A stretch of 64,000 bases of DNA from Azolla caroliniana. Its lineage: Eukaryota > Plantae > Polypodiophyta. The position numbers were made by a program, and so were the translations under genes. Where the stretch lies: contig JBHGNT010000008.1 in assembly GCA_043228905.1 (NCBI GenBank), positions 6,076,001 to 6,140,000 on the forward strand, written 5' to 3'. Shown piece after piece: positions 1 to 12,055 of the stretch (its first letter is position 1; every line of letters begins with the position of its first letter). The notes beneath the pieces were generated by a model. It ran no database searches, was not told where the DNA came from, and saw nothing but the letters and a program-made list of their open reading frames with translations.

Positions 1-914
1 TCCGTCTTCGTTCTTCTCGGAGTTGGATTCTCTTCGATCCAACTCATCTTTATCAATGTCGTACTCCGGAATCTTCTTCTTTCCCTTCTCTTTGCGCGTA
101 AACCGTCTCCTCGGCTTCTTGCGCAGGGAATGCACGACTGAGTCTCCACTACTTGTCAGCTCTACATCTGACTGGTCATGCCGACCGAGTTGCTCATTCG
201 GCCCACTTAGCCTGAATGAGATCGGACTCTCTTCAAGAGCTCCGATGCCTCCTTCATCCTGAGGCATTTCAGCCTCGCTGACCTCTTCGTCAAAGATCGG
301 AATGGAGTCATCAGGGGTTGAAGGAGAAGGCAAGTACCACGACACGGACTCGTCGAACACAACATCACGACTTATGTGAGCTTGTTTGGTTTGGGGGTTA
401 TAACACTTATAACCCTTCTGTTTATCCAAGTAGCCAACCAAGATACACGTCTCGTCTTTGGCGTCCAGCTTCCTATGTTTCTCCTTCGGCACATGCACAT
501 ACACGATGCTACCGAAAACTCTCAAGTGTGCCAAGTTCGGCTTCTTGTTGAAGTACAACTCATGTGGCGACACTCCTCCATTGGCAGATGCCCAATTCTG
601 GAGGTAGACGGTTGTTTTGATCCTTCGGCCCAATAGAACGTCGACAGATGCTTCTCTTCAAGCATTGCCTTTGTTGCCTCCTCTATCGTCCGATTCTTCC
701 TCTCGGTGTGTATCTACACGAGAATTCGCGTCGAATTCCCTCCTTCTGTAGATAACTCGAGAACTGGTTGGAGAAATACTCTTTCCTGCCATCGGACCTT
801 AGGCACTTGATCTTTCGCCCGGTTCCCCTTTCCGCAAGGCTCTTCACCTTTAGGAAACATGCAAAGACTTCTTCTTTTTCGCGATCAAGCACACCCAAGT
901 GTGCCGAGTGAAGT

Positions 915-940
915 TGTTATAGGTTTTTAGGGTTAGGGTA
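915..940. other. 26-bp telomere-repeat-like insertion with 5-bp target duplication
   Basis: GAAGT[TGTTATAGGTTTTTAGGGTTAGGGTA]GAAGT inside the integrase of Copia-1; absent at the homologous position of Copia-F (~58160-58180). Confidence 0.75.
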
Positions 941-1094
941 GAAGTCATCGATGAAGGTTACGAAGTAATGGCTTCCTCCGAAGCTCAAGTTCTGTGGATC
1001 ACATCGAGCGGATTTCGACTCCAATTACACTCGTTGGGGAATGGAAGTTAGTGTTGCTTCCCGAGCTGGCAGGCTTCGCAAACTTGGCCGTTCT

Positions 1095-1361
1095 TGTCAT
1101 GAACACACCAACCATGGACAATGACAAAGCACGGATGACATGATGCTACGATTGATAAGGCTACAAATGTGGAACTCGAAATGACGAGGCTAGTAACTCT
1201 AGAAGTTGTGAGTAACTAGAGAGCATGAAGCCACATATGAAGATCATCATCATCCCTATCTGTCTTCATGCTCTTGTGTCGTTCCCAACTTCTTATGTTC
1301 CACGCTCTTAGCCCCATCATCCGTTGCTCCGTCCGAGTCCAGGGTTGGTGTGTCCATCACA
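1095..1361. mobile_element. 267-bp solo LTR or MITE-like insertion (TG...CA, ~25-bp imperfect TIR)
   Basis: Start TGTCATGAACACACCAACCATGGAC vs reverse complement of end TGTGATGGACACACCAACCCTGGAC; flanked by GTTCT/GTTCC; absent in homologous Copia-F sequence (~58330-58345). Confidence 0.8.
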
Positions 1362-2924
1362 GTTCCGGCCACTAAATTTTGGCAATCCAAAAACAATGTT
1401 CTTCGCCTACATTTCACGAAGCCGCAGGAAGTTAACATGTCTGAACCTCTTGTGCCATAGGTCGATGTCCGACTCGACCTTCTATCCTTTCGCAAACAAC
1501 GTGGTTCCAACTTCATTGGTGTTGAGGATGAACATCCTCCCTTCTCAGTGCCCTTACGCAATGACTTTCCCCTCTTCTTCGATGTAGCAACCGAGATGGG
1601 TGAATCGAACTTGCATCCCCTGGTTGACGATTTGTCTGACCGACACCAAGTTCTTCGTTATTGTCGGTACGTGTAGCACATTCATGAGTTTCCCTTTCTA
1701 CTTGACATGGTTGAGGGGAACTTCATTGACATGTTCGATGGTATGCGGAGTGTCGTCTCCAGTTTCAACCACTCCTTGTTTTTCCGGTTTCTCCAAGTAC
1801 GAGAACCATTCCTCGTGACTCGTCATATGATTTGACGCTCTGGAGTCAAAATACCACACCTCGTTTGGTTTCGAGGTGTTCACCACCATCAAATTGGCCT
1901 TGTGCTTCATTACGAAGGCTAGGCCCAATCGATTTTCGGCTTGTTCGGAGCCCTCAGCGTAGTACAATCGCTACCGATTTCCTTTTTCAGTTCGCCCAAA
2001 TCCGAATGCAGTTTTCTCTGAATCGGTGTGTTTCTTCCCGCACTCGCTCTCCCTATGGCCTTTCTTGCCACAATACCAACATTCCGCGATAGGCTTTCCT
2101 TGCCAGTTTCCAGTGTCGCCTCGACTCCCCTAGCTTTCGGAGGGTCCGGAACTACTGTTGGCATTACGACCATGCACCTTTCATCTTGCTCCTATCAGCC
2201 GCCTCCATTGCGTGCCGACTCGCCTTGTCCGCCACGACCACGTGGCCTAGCTTCCTCCATGTACAACATCTTGTTGTCGGTGTGCGTACTCATTGATGCA
2301 CCCGCGTGGTTCTCCTCTACTAGGAGCATCAACTGTAAGTCGAAAAACGACGGCGTATTCTCCCACGTACAAACAGCATTCAGAATGCTCAAAACTTTAA
2401 TGCTAGCCCTTTCATCCTACTCGACGTTTACATCGACGGAGGCGACAGAGTCGTAGATGTCCTTGATCTTGGAGGTGTAATCAGCCCCCGACATATCTCG
2501 TTGTCGAACAATGCTCAACTCTTGCCTGAGTTGGAGCTTTCTGGCTGTGGTGCTCGCGACGAAAATCTTTTTCAAATTTCCCCAAGAATCCTTTGGCATC
2601 CTCACATCCCGAATGTAGCTCAGAAGCTGATCGCTCACAAAGGATGCGAAACAGTAGAGAACTCTACTTGCCGCCTATTCCTAGGCCGGGAAATCTCTGT
2701 GTGTCGATTCGGGTGTTGCGTCATTAGCTCCATTGACATAACTCCATTACCCATGCCCGAGTAGGTACTTGTGCATCTCGTACGACCAAGATGCGTAGTT
2801 GCTTCTGTCAAGCTTCTCCGTCGGAAGTGAACTAACCATTCCTCTGTCCATTCTTTCCTTCTTCTATTCTTCACCGTGATTAGGGTTTGTCTGTTTGTCG
2901 ACAGTAGAGGATCTCAACCGTCGC

Positions 2925-2936
2925 GCTCTGATACCA
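2925..2936 (-). promoter_or_regulatory. Primer-binding site (tRNA-iMet) of Copia-1
   Basis: TGGTATCAGAGC on the minus strand, directly adjacent to the LTR end at 2937. Confidence 0.92.
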
Positions 2937-3187
2937 TGAAAAAGAATACGTGCGGAAGCTTAACAGACACAACCAAGTAACAACAGACAAAAGACAAAGA
3001 AGGTTTAATGGAAAGCTTATCCAACACAGCATACGCGGGAGAGATAGAGAGAGCAGAACACAGAAAATTCTATTCCAAAACAATACTCTAAAACTCTGTA
3101 CATAGGATGTGCTCAGAGAGCACTTTTATACAGGTCCATACGGACTGACAGAAGTACTGACTCGTACTTCAATGCTCATGAATTAGT

Positions 3188-3509
3188 TGTAGGGAATGAA
3201 CAAGGCCGTCAGTGCGGAAGAGATCACACAGTATGAATCTGTGAGGAAGAAAATACCTGCGTGTGAGAGAAGCAAGAACAAAATACGCACACACACAGAG
3301 AGAGACACACACACAAAGAATATATCTATATTCATAAAAGGGCAACAGTTACAACAATGAACAACCAACCTTTACAAAAGGTTACAAAGTCACTTTATAT
3401 AGTGACTCACTTAGGGCAATTGCCCTTTATGTTATTTACAGAAATAACCCGAACTTGGGCTCTCTAATAGGATAGTGTGAATACGTCCATTATACATTTG
3501 TATTCGACA
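3188..3509 (-). repeat. 3' LTR of Copia-2
   Basis: Direct repeat of 8393-8716; adjacent CTCCCCCG (PPT on minus strand). Confidence 0.95.
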
Positions 3510-3703
3510 CTCCCCCGTAATGGGCATATAAATGGGTTATCTAAAAAATACGGGTATAGGCATAGGTTCTCGGACAAGTCGGTTTTGTTCGAATCGGCAT
3601 GATCCGTAGACAGAAGACCGAATTGGTCGGGTCGGAAAAGCTGAAGCCGATCGTCAGTGAACCCATGTCTGTTGTCCGAAACCTTCCTGCACTATGTCCA
3701 GCT

Positions 3704-6700
3704 TCAACCGGATCGATATGTTGTTATGCCCATCTGTTGCCGAAGAGACCAAAACCGGTCTGCCGAAAGACACTTGGTCATTCCATCTGCGACATTATCG
3801 GTTGTGGATATCTTCTCTAAACTGATTTTCCCAGAAATGACGCAGTCCCGAACAAAGTGATATCGAACTTCGATATGCTTAGAGGCGTTGTGATGAACCG
3901 GATTTTTCGACAAAGCAACAGCACTCTGACTGTCGTTGTAGACAACTGGAGCCAAGTCGGGGTCGACTTGCCGAAACGTGTGCGCCAGCCGACCGAGCCA
4001 TAAAGCTTCTTTCGCTGTGTCGGAGGCAGCTACATATTCTGCTTCGGTCGTTGAGGTGGTTGTGCACTCCTGAAGTTTCAACTTCCACGAGATTGCTCCA
4101 TTGCCAAATTTAAAGCAATATCCAGTTGTTGACTTGCGATTGTCCACACAGTCGGCGAAGTCCGAGTCGGTGTAACCGACTACGCCTTAAGTTGAGTTCG
4201 GACCGAAAAGGATGTCGTGGTCTTTTGTGCCACCTAAATATCTGAACACATGCTTGACTGCGTTCCAGTGCAATCGGCCGGGATTGTGCATAAATCTACT
4301 GATGACTCCTACGGCGTGAGAAATATCAGGGCGTGTCGCGACCATCGCGTACATCAGAGAGCCTACTATCGGTGCATACGGTACCGACTTAATATCTTCC
4401 CCCTCTGGACCAGATGTCGAGCAGTCTCGCTGAGAAAGCCGAAGATGAATGGGGAGCGGGGTCGAAGCAGACTTGGCTGATTGCATGTTGAAGCATTCCA
4501 AGACACGTTCGATGTAGTCGGTTTGAGAAAGAAAAAGCTGTCTTTTGGCGCGATTCCGACTAATCTTCATTCCGAATATGTGTCTTGCCGGACCGAGGTC
4601 CTTCATGGCAAACTTCAATCGCAGTTTCTGAACGAGTTCGGTGAGCTCTCCAGTATGCCGACTGGAGAGTAGCATGTCGTCCACATAGATGATGAGGAAG
4701 ACAGGAGAACCGTCTTGAGTTGTTTTGGTGAAGAGGCAGTGGTCCTCATCGCTCTTGGAGAAGCCGACCGACTGGATGAAATCGTCGAACTTCTTGTACC
4801 ACTATCGGGGTGCCTGTTTCAGGCAGTAAAGACTCTTCCTGAGTCGGCAGACTAGATGTTCCTGACCGGTGGCCACAAAGCCTTTCGGCTGCTCCATGTA
4901 GATTTCCTCCTTTAGATCACCGTGAAGGAATGTTGTTTTCACATCTAGCTGAATCAGCTCCAAATTGTCGGCAGCCACAACACCGAGCATGAAACGAAGG
5001 GTTGTCATTTTCACCATTGGTGAAAAGATTTCGTCGAAATCGACGCCATATTCCTGTCGAAATCCCTTCACAACTAATCTGGCCTTGTACTTTGGGGTGG
5101 TCAAGTCGGACGTCTCCTTTAGTCTATAGACCCACTTGCAAGGAAGAGCACGTCGATTCTTTGGTAAGTCAACCAGATCCCAAGTCTTGTTGGCGCGGAT
5201 GGAGTGCATTTCCGACTCCATTGCCAGATGCCAGGTGGTTGAATCGGCAACTGCCGATGCTTCTTCGTAGGACGCCGGTTCGCCAGCGTCGGTGAAGAAA
5301 ATTCCGGGAGAGTACCTCTCCGAAGGTTGCGACAGTCTCTCGGATCTTCGAGGTATGACTGGACTGGTCGCACCGGGTGTCGATGTCGGATGGTCGGAAG
5401 CCGAGCCATTCGGCTGTGCCGAATCTGTGGATTCGGTGCGAGAGAAGTCGGTTACCCGTGAAACCGATCTCATGTCGTGTGTTGGGCCGTCATGAAGGGT
5501 TGGCACTTCGGAAAATATTACCCTTCAGACTTCAATAGGCCTTTCGGCCGTTTTGTGCATAGTCGACTCGTTGAACACGACGTCCGAACTTCAGACGATT
5601 TGCCTGTGCTCGGGGTCCCAGAGTCGGTATCCGATCTCGGTTCGAGTTTTTGGCGGTCGTCTTTCGGTATGAGGGCGTATGCCTCGCAACCGAAAATCCT
5701 CAGCTTGTCATAATTCGGCTTTCTGCCGGTCCATATTTCCTAAGGTCTCTTAAGTCCTAAAGGTCCACTTGGCGACATATTGATTATGTGTACTGCCGTG
5801 AGTAGAGCCTCTGCCCAGAAACCATCCGACAGTCTGGAGTGTTGGAGCATGGATACAACGCGTTCTTGAATCGTCTGATTCATGCGTTCTGCGATTCCGT
5901 TCTGCTCTGGACTATATGGTGTCGTATATTCACGTCTAATGTCGCATTCTCGGCAAAATTTGACAAATTCATCAGATTTGAACTCACCTCCATTGTCGGT
6001 TCGGAGACACTTCAGTTTCCGACCGGTATGGTTTTCGACCATTGCGAGCCAATCTGAGAAGATCGAGAACACCCGATCTTTGGTTTTGATGGGGTAAGCC
6101 CACACCTTCCGAGTTGAGTCGTCAATGAAACTGACGAAGTACGAGGCACCACCGAGTGATTGATGTGGCATCGGGCCACAGACGTCCAAGTGGACCAAAT
6201 CGAGCGGGCTCGACTCTCTTGGTGCTGATGTCGGGTGTGATGCGGCGACCTGTTTGTCGTACTGGCAATGCTTGCAAAACCGATGGTCCAAGAAGGAGAG
6301 TTTCGGGATGTATCCGGCTCTGGATAGGTGCGTGATGCCGGCCTTGCTGAGGTGTCCAAGTCGTCCATGCCATAAGGATGACACAGGGATATCTACCAGA
6401 AATAAGTCACCCTCTCTAAGTGTGACATACAAAGGGTACAATGAGTGTACCTTTGGTCCTCTAGCAAGCAGGAGGTTCCCTCTGTGGAGCGTCCACCCTC
6501 CTGATGAGAAACCAGCACGGATGCCAGCTTCATCAAGTTGTCCGACTGAGATCAAGGGTCGTGAGAGCTCAGGAACGTGTCGGACGTTGTGTAGTACGAG
6601 TGTAGAGCCAACCAGAAGGTTGAGCTCTACGGTGCCGATTCCGATGATAGCACAGTGCTGCGAATTTCTGACTCGAACTGAGTCGGAGTGCCGGTCCGAA

Positions 6701-7688
6701 TATTGCCGAAACTGTGATCGGTGAGGTGTTGTCACATGATACAATGCGCCCGAGTCTAGAAGCCATGTGTTTGATTCCTCAGTCGTAAGCAGAACTTCTG
6801 ATTCGACTAGATTCTCTATGGACAATATGTTCGGGTCGGTCGTCAATATCTCGGCTGAAGAGCGGACGTAGTTGACTTCCTCATGCTGGTTACTCCTCTA
6901 ATCAGCTCTCTGAGCTTTGTCTGTCTTTGACTTGAGTGCCCGGTAGTCGGCCTTGATGTGTCCCGGTTTCTTGCAGTAGTTGCAGATTCGGGTTTCCCGG
7001 GACTTGCTGCAACTTCGCTGATTTGTCGACGGTCGGAAAGAACTTCTTCCCCGGTTGTTCGATCGGTCGGTTGAACCTTGTACTACATAGGCTTCTTCTG
7101 CCGAGTCTTTGGTGAGAGACTTTCTCCGAGCTGCTTCAGTCAGGATTGCACTTGTGACTTCGGAGTACTTGATGGCAGTCGTAGAAGCGTTGCACACAGT
7201 TGTAACGAAGGTTTCCCAAGAGGAGGGGAGACTGCTCATGAGTATCATTGCTCTGAGTTCATCCTCGATTGTCGTCCCCTGTGACGAGATTTGGGAGCTC
7301 AAACTTTCATACTCGTTAAGGTGTGCCTGAACCGAATCGGAGTCTTTCATCCCAAGTTGTAGAGGCGCCGGATCAAATACATCTTCGTTGAGGCGACCTT
7401 CTTTTCATAGGTTTCCGACAGCTTCTTCCAAAGTTCGAAGGATGTCATGCACGATTGCACTGTGAAGTACACTGACTCTGACAGGTGCATCCGAATCGTG
7501 GCGCGGACGATTCTATCCAGCTTCTGCCACTCATTTGCCTTGTATATTTCTGGAGCAGTTTCATTCTCAATCGGATCGATCTGACCCTTGACTATAAGAT
7601 AGTCCTGCATTTGCTCCTTCCAAAAATTGAAGTTCGAACCGTCGAACCTCCTTAGACTCATTTCCGATGAGCCGGATGTTGATGCCAT
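3704..7688 (-). pseudogene. Disrupted copia gag-pol polyprotein of Copia-2
   Basis: Gag 7347-7688 and 6898-7350 (zinc-knuckle remnant CNYCKKPGH). Protease LLDSGA plus integrase RTDNGGEF 5740-6846. RT QLDVK..FLHG and YMDD 4187-5506. RNase H KHIEVRYHF 3704-4147. Several stops and frameshifts. Confidence 0.92.
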
Positions 7689-8392
7689 CAGATTCGGTTT
7701 CGGTTGACGAAGCTCGGTTCGGAGTTTACTACGAACCTTGTTGGAGTGCAGCCGGTCGGCTCACCCGATATCGTTCTAGTCGGATTTGAACCCGAGTCGG
7801 TTCAGTTTCGGATATGTGTATTGTTGAACTTGCTCGAATTGACTCCGGTAACTCGAGGGACAGAACCGACTGGTCTTCCCGAATGTTACCGAGTTGGAGT
7901 GAGCCCGGTTCGCTTCCGAATATATATGCCAAATACCGATTATTGAAACCGATTGTCTGGACCGATTCTACTTCGGGTGACTGCAACGATGAGAGAGACG
8001 GATCCAATTGATCCTCCCGAATGTCGATCAGTCGGATGAAGCACGAATTGGGGTTGTTGTCTTGAGACCGATCTGCACCGAGTGGTTACAACGGGCGGCG
8101 AGCAACGTTCGGTGACCTGTTCGGATGCCGTTTAACCGAGTGGAGCACAATCGTGTCAATGTTGCACAAGGGGATTTCACCTCGAGCGGTTACGATCACG
8201 AGGAATAGAGTACAGCCGGCTGGCTTACTCCAAGCGAAGATGATCTAACGCGATGAGATGCAAGCCTCGTTTTTCTTCTTCTTCTCTCTTCTCTGTTTCT
8301 TCAAATACAAAACAAAAAAAACAGAATGTTGTGATCCAAAGATTCGAATGGCGGCCGGCAACGGGAAAGGACATCCAAGCTCTAATACCAAA

Positions 8393-8716
8393 TGTAGGGA
8401 ATGAACAAGGCCGTCAGTGCGGAAGAGATCACACAGTATGAATCTGTGAGGAAGAAAATACCTGCGTATGAGAGAAGCAAGAACAAAATACGCACACAGA
8501 GAGAGAGACACACACACACACAAAGAATATATCTATATTCATAAAAGGGCAACAGTTACAACAATGAACAACCAACCTTTACAAAAGGTTACAAAGTCAC
8601 TTTATATAGTGACTCACTTAGGGCAATTGCCCTTTATGTTATTTACAGAAATAACCCGAACTTGGGCTCTCTAATAGGATAGTGTGAATACGTCCATTAT
8701 ACATTTGTATTCGACA
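8393..8716 (-). repeat. 5' LTR of Copia-2
   Basis: Direct repeat of 3188-3509; PBS adjacent. Confidence 0.95.
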
Positions 8717-8850
8717 TGAGCCCCTATAGTAACTCCCAAAATATATTCCTCCGTAGAATATCTATCCAACGGCCTCCCGGTTTACGCACCGTTATAGCCT
8801 CTCATTGCGCACCCGGTTTACGCACCCAATGTTGAGCTTGTATCTCAACA

Positions 8851-9693
8851 ATGTTGTTGTATAGACTCATGTCTATAAAACACCTCACATATGTCGCCGC
8901 CTTCATATGCATGACTTCCCAAGTCGATGCATCGATCTTGTCAAGCTTTGTCTTGTCGTATTGCACCGACAGCCACAGGTCTTTGCACACGAGCATATCC
9001 CGCATTTTTTACTTCCACATTGAATAGTTGGAGCCAGTTAAGCTCAACATTCCACCGAAATGTTCTTCCATCACTCTGATACCACTTGTTGTGATCATGA
9101 CCAGCCACAACCAGTTTCACATATACGTATATTCGGGTCCAAAGAATCGAGTAAGACAATGCTCAGACAAAAAACGAAGAACAATGATGAAAAGATACGA
9201 ACACAAGTATTTAACGTGGAAAACCTAAAAGGGAAAAAACCACGTAGAGTCCACAAACTCCAAAACAAAATCACTATATTTGGGAGGAGTACAACGAGAA
9301 GCTCGAAGGTAGCAACCTTAAACTCTCCTTTGTCAAACAGACGGTTGTAGAGTTACTCACATGCTAACTCTCACTCTCTCTGTTTTTCTCAATTACTGAG
9401 GCAACCACACATTGTAACTATACAACAATAATGACTCACAACTCACCATAAAGTTTGCCCTAGCTGTATTTATACCAATACAATTTTCTAGGCTATTTAT
9501 AAATATAGCCCACAAGGGGCACATTAAGACTATTTACAAATATAGTCTCCCGAGTCGGCTTCAACCAATTTGATTATTACCTGAATCGATTAATAATCGA
9601 TTTTTTTATTTTCAGCCTCGGTTGAATTTCCTGTCGACTCTCTATTCGATTTGGCTCGTACACTTCCCATTAGGAGGGACCTATTTCCCAACA
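8851..9693 (-). mobile_element. Ty1/copia 5' remnant (Copia-3): LTR 9087-9693, PBS 9073-9084 and gag start interrupted by Copia-1
   Basis: TGGTATCAGAGT PBS; LTR TGTTG...CAACA; gag-like MRDMLVCKDLW...YVRCFIDMSLYNNI ends exactly at the Copia-1 LTR boundary (8850). Confidence 0.8.
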
Positions 9694-9742
9694 CATAGCA
9701 CTTTCTAATTGTACATTTTGTAGCCTTCTAGCGCTTTTCTTA

Positions 9743-10290
9743 ATACTAATGAAGGATATCTTATGGGGGGGAGGGGGAGACAACATGCTAAAAGCATATT
9801 TCGAGCACCATGATATGAGCTTCACCCATCCTGTATATGCAAATAAGGTAACAAACTCTACCATAATCGACAAATGTGCAGGAGTAAGCATTGTTAGTTA
9901 TGACTATTGACGGAAGGGGGGAAACCTAAAGATTCTCCCATCTTATGTCAAGCTTGAATGGTTGACGATTATATCCAATGACCCAAGGGTATGGTGCCTA
10001 GTACCTACCCATAAAGGATACTAATGAAGGATATCTTACGTGGGGGGAGGGGGAGACAACACGCTAAAAGCATATTTCGAGTGCCATGATATGAGCTTCA
10101 CCCATCCTGTATATGCAAATAAGGTAACAAACTCTACCATAATCGACAAATGTGTGGGAGTAAGCATTGTTAGCTATGACTATTGACGAAAGGGGGGAAA
10201 CCTAAAGATTCTCCCATCTATGTCAAGCTTGAATGGTTGACGATTATATCCAATGACCCAAGGGTATGGTGCCTAGTACCTACCCATAAA
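9743..10290. repeat. Tandem duplication, 2 x ~275 bp
   Basis: ATACTAATGAAGGATATC...TACCCATAAA starts at 9743 and again at 10018, with few differences. Confidence 0.92.
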
Positions 10291-10989
10291 TTCACAATCT
10301 ACGTAGTCGAGTTTTCCCTCACTTTTGTTGTCACAAGGCCCACTAACCATGTCACATATAAGTGTTATGGGGTGTTTACTCGGGCGACCCTTTCTTGGAG
10401 TAAGTCGATTGGTCATTGATTTTGGAAATGACATAATCTACATGTGAAAGCAAAAGAACACCTTCAGTATTCAAGTCTATATCCAAAAGGTCCATGAACA
10501 AGAAGGGGATGATTTATCGAAAACTATGGAGTTCAAAACAAACCTCCTCACTTTCCACCCCACTAAAATCACGAAAAATGGGGCAAGTGGAAAACCACTC
10601 CCCTATGATTCCACCCTTATCTAAGTAACCAAAGCCATGCTAACTCCATCTCATCCACCTCCTCATGTATGAATTGGATACACACTTTAGCGACAATGGA
10701 TGCTATGTATCAAATTGGGACAACATGTTGCAACGAAGATGACAACATTGTGTGATGCTTCAACCTTACCCCTATCAAGACAAAACAAGAGGAGACACCT
10801 AATAGCACCACAACCAGTACAACTAAAGCTCACGAAAACTAAATGGCTTGGCAAAATCCAAGGGATGACCAATTCAGACAACACAATTAAGCAATAGAAG
10901 AAGACTCTGGCGCCTACCAAACAACATGTCACCCTTGCCCATTTGTTGACAATTACAATGCACAACAACCCTTTCAGCACGACATGTGA

Positions 10990-12055
10990 TGGAACCGCCA
11001 AATTCAAGGAAATCAACCTCGGCAAGAAAGAGAATCCTAAGCTGGTATTCATCGCCATGGACCTCCACCACAAAGATGAAGGACGCCTTGATACACCTCT
11101 TCGAAGAATTCAAAGATGTCTTCACATGGAACTACAAAGACATGAAGGGCGTACCCGCTGAGGTAGTTCTCATACAATTCCAATGAGAATTGATGCCCAA
11201 CTGGTGTGACAAATAGCTTGACCAATGAACCCCCATTACACACACAACAAGTAGAAACAAAGATGGAAAAAATGTTGCCCACCAATATCATATACCCAAT
11301 CAAAGAACTACTTGGGTCTCTCTAATCATAGTTGTCCCAAAGAAGAATGGGAAAATTAGAATGTATGTTGACTATCGTCGAGTCAATGATGCAACTATAT
11401 GCAACAACTACCTTGTTTCGTACATCGAACATTTGTTAGAAAGGGTTGTTGAGAAAGAAGCATATAGTTTTATCAATGGCTTCTCCAAATACAACCAAAT
11501 TTCTATGGTGCTTGAGGATTCAAAGTAAAACCACCTTCTCCAAGATGTTGGTACATTTGCCTACAAATAGATACCCTTTGGCCTAAGTAGCGCTTTAAGC
11601 ACGATCAACGAATTGTAGACCATATCATCGCATCCAACCTCCAAAAGGGCGTGGAATCATACATCATCGACGATGTTGGTACATTTGCCTACAAATAGAT
11701 ACCCTTTGGCCTAAGTAGCGCTTTAAGCACGATCAAAGAAGTGTAGACCATATCATCGCATCCAACCTCCAAAAGGACGTGGAATCATACATCATCGACG
11801 ATGTTGGTACATTTGCCTACAAATAGATACCCTTTGGCCTAACTAGCGCTTTAAGCACGATCAAAGAAGTGTAGACCATATCATCGCATCCAACCTCCAA
11901 AAGGGCGTGGAATCATACATCATCGACGATGTTGGTACATTTGCCTACAAATAGATACCCTTTGGCCTAAGTAGCGCTTTAAGCACGATCAAAGAAGTGT
12001 AGACCATATCATCACATCCAACCTCCAAAAGGGCGTGGAATCATACATCATCGAC
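10990..12055 (+). pseudogene. Degenerate Ty3/gypsy reverse transcriptase fragment
   Basis: FKEINLG..ENPK, LFEEFKDVFTWNYKDMKGV, VVPKKNGKIRMYVDYR and PFGL motifs across frames. Confidence 0.8.
11544..12055. repeat. Tandem repeat, 4 x 128 bp, derived from gypsy RT
   Basis: Unit GATGTTGGTACATTTGCC...CATCATCGAC starts at 11544, 11672, 11800 and 11928. Confidence 0.95.

Larger units (their letters stand above)
3188..8716 (-). mobile_element. Full-length Ty1/copia element (Copia-2) nested in the LTR of Copia-1
   Basis: Near-identical LTRs 3188-3509 and 8393-8716 (TG...CA). PBS TGGTATTAGAGC 8379-8390. PPT next to 3510. Domain order gag-PR-INT-RT-RH. Confidence 0.95.
1..8850 (-). mobile_element. Ty1/copia LTR retrotransposon (Copia-1), 5' part; decayed gag-protease-integrase, 5' LTR split by Copia-2
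   Basis: Minus-strand ORF pieces with protease WYFDSRAS (1698-1967), integrase KCLRSDG (683-898) and gag LQLRQEL (2417-2638). tRNA-iMet PBS at 2925-2936. LTR 2937-3187 + 8717-8850 resembles the LTR of Copia-F (54635-55035). 3' end lies left of the window. Confidence 0.9.

Noticed and set aside
11544-12055. CRISPR-like periodic array
   Set aside because: Whole 128-bp units repeat with no unique spacers; eukaryotic context; derived from RT.
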